DNA of 64,000 nucleotides from Escherichia coli (GTDB lineage Bacteria; Pseudomonadota; Gammaproteobacteria; Enterobacterales; Enterobacteriaceae): NCBI RefSeq assembly GCF_041886205.1, contig NZ_CP169029.1; one strand, 5' to 3'. Shown piece by piece: positions 62,904 to 64,000 of this stretch (position 1 is its first letter; each line of letters starts with the position of its first letter). The notes under the pieces were generated by a model. It saw only the letters and a program-made list of their open reading frames with translations, ran no database searches and was not told where the DNA came from. The position numbers and the translations under genes were made by a program.

Positions 62904-64000
62904 ATGAGTCTGAAAGAAAAAACACAATCTCTGTTTGCCAACGCATTTGGTTACCCTGCCACTCACACCATTCAGGCGCCTGGCCGCGTGAATTTGATTG
63001 GTGAACACACCGACTACAACGACGGTTTCGTTCTGCCCTGCGCGATTGATTATCAAACCGTGATCAGTTGTGCACCACGCGATGACCGTAAAGTTCGCGT
63101 GATGGCAGCCGATTATGAAAATCAGCTCGACGAGTTTTCCCTCGATGCGCCCATTGTCGCACATGAAAACTATCAATGGGCTAACTACGTTCGTGGCGTG
63201 GTGAAACATCTGCAACTGCGTAACAACAGCTTCGGCGGCGTGGACATGGTGATCAGCGGCAATGTGCCGCAGGGTGCCGGGTTAAGTTCTTCCGCTTCAC
63301 TGGAAGTCGCGGTCGGAACCGTATTGCAGCAGCTTTATCATCTGCCGCTGGACGGCGCACAAATCGCGCTTAACGGTCAGGAAGCAGAAAACCAGTTTGT
63401 AGGCTGTAACTGCGGGATCATGGATCAGCTAATTTCCGCGCTCGGCAAGAAAGATCATGCCTTGCTGATCGATTGCCGCTCACTGGGGACCAAAGCAGTT
63501 TCCATGCCCAAAGGTGTGGCTGTCGTCATCATCAACAGTAACTTCAAACGTACCCTGGTTGGCAGCGAATACAACACCCGTCGTGAACAGTGCGAAACCG
63601 GTGCGCGTTTCTTCCAGCAGCCAGCCCTGCGTGATGTCACCATTGAAGAGTTCAACGCTGTTGCGCATGAACTGGACCCGATCGTGGCAAAACGCGTGCG
63701 TCATATACTGACTGAAAACGCCCGCACCGTTGAAGCTGCCAGCGCGCTGGAGCAAGGCGACCTGAAACGTATGGGCGAGTTGATGGCGGAGTCTCATGCC
63801 TCTATGCGCGATGATTTCGAAATCACCGTGCCGCAAATTGACACTCTGGTAGAAATCGTCAAAGCTGTGATTGGCGACAAAGGTGGCGTACGCATGACCG
63901 GCGGCGGATTTGGCGGCTGTATCGTCGCGCTAATCCCGGAAGAGCTGGTGCCTGCCGTACAGCAAGCTGTCGCTGAACAATATGAAGAAAAAACAGGTAT
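62904..64000 (+). CDS. galK: galactokinase GalK (3' end beyond the window)
   Basis: [41 protein letters not shown].. (GHMP kinase); partial. Confidence 0.95.
   Translation, partial: MSLKEKTQSLFANAFGYPATHTIQAPGRVNLIGEHTDYNDGFVLPCAIDYQTVISCAPRDDRKVRVMAADYENQLDEFSLDAPIVAHENYQWANYVRGVVKHLQLRNNSFGGVDMVISGNVPQGAGLSSSASLEVAVGTVLQQLYHLPLDGAQIALNGQEAENQFVGCNCGIMDQLISALGKKDHALLIDCRSLGTKAVSMPKGVAVVIINSNFKRTLVGSEYNTRREQCETGARFFQQPALRDVTIEEFNAVAHELDPIVAKRVRHILTENARTVEAASALEQGDLKRMGELMAESHASMRDDFEITVPQIDTLVEIVKAVIGDKGGVRMTGGGFGGCIVALIPEELVPAVQQAVAEQYEEKTG

Overview
The window reads as an Escherichia coli chromosomal segment running from rhlE through the ybh, moa, uvrB and bio genes to the mod and gal operons, with a roughly 20 kb defective lambdoid prophage inserted at the phage lambda attachment site between ybhB and ybhC. 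All calls are from reading the sequence and ORF translations and recognising protein families from memory; no database search was run. The core backbone is syntenic with E. coli K-12 and includes recognisable regulatory sites (bioO, uvrB LexA box, ModE operator, gal operators, REP elements). The prophage (about 25693..45648) is bounded by attR and attL cores (TTAGTATAAAAAAGC on the + strand) with lambda-like P arms. It carries near-lambda int/xis/ea8.5, remnants of O and P, ren, a DLP12-like nin/rusA/Q/porin/phage-21-type lysis module, a Rac-like trkG/ParB-like module, and lambda-like tail fragments K/I/J/lom/stf/tfa. Immunity, recombination, head and most tail genes are absent, and several deletion junctions, an in-frame amber codon in the endolysin and an IS3-family insertion are visible. 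The most notable cargo is an AT-rich membrane-anchored GGDEF diguanylate cyclase (DgcX-like) between tfa and attR, alongside emrE, trkG and an intact NmpC-like porin. I found no CRISPR array, rRNA or tRNA.
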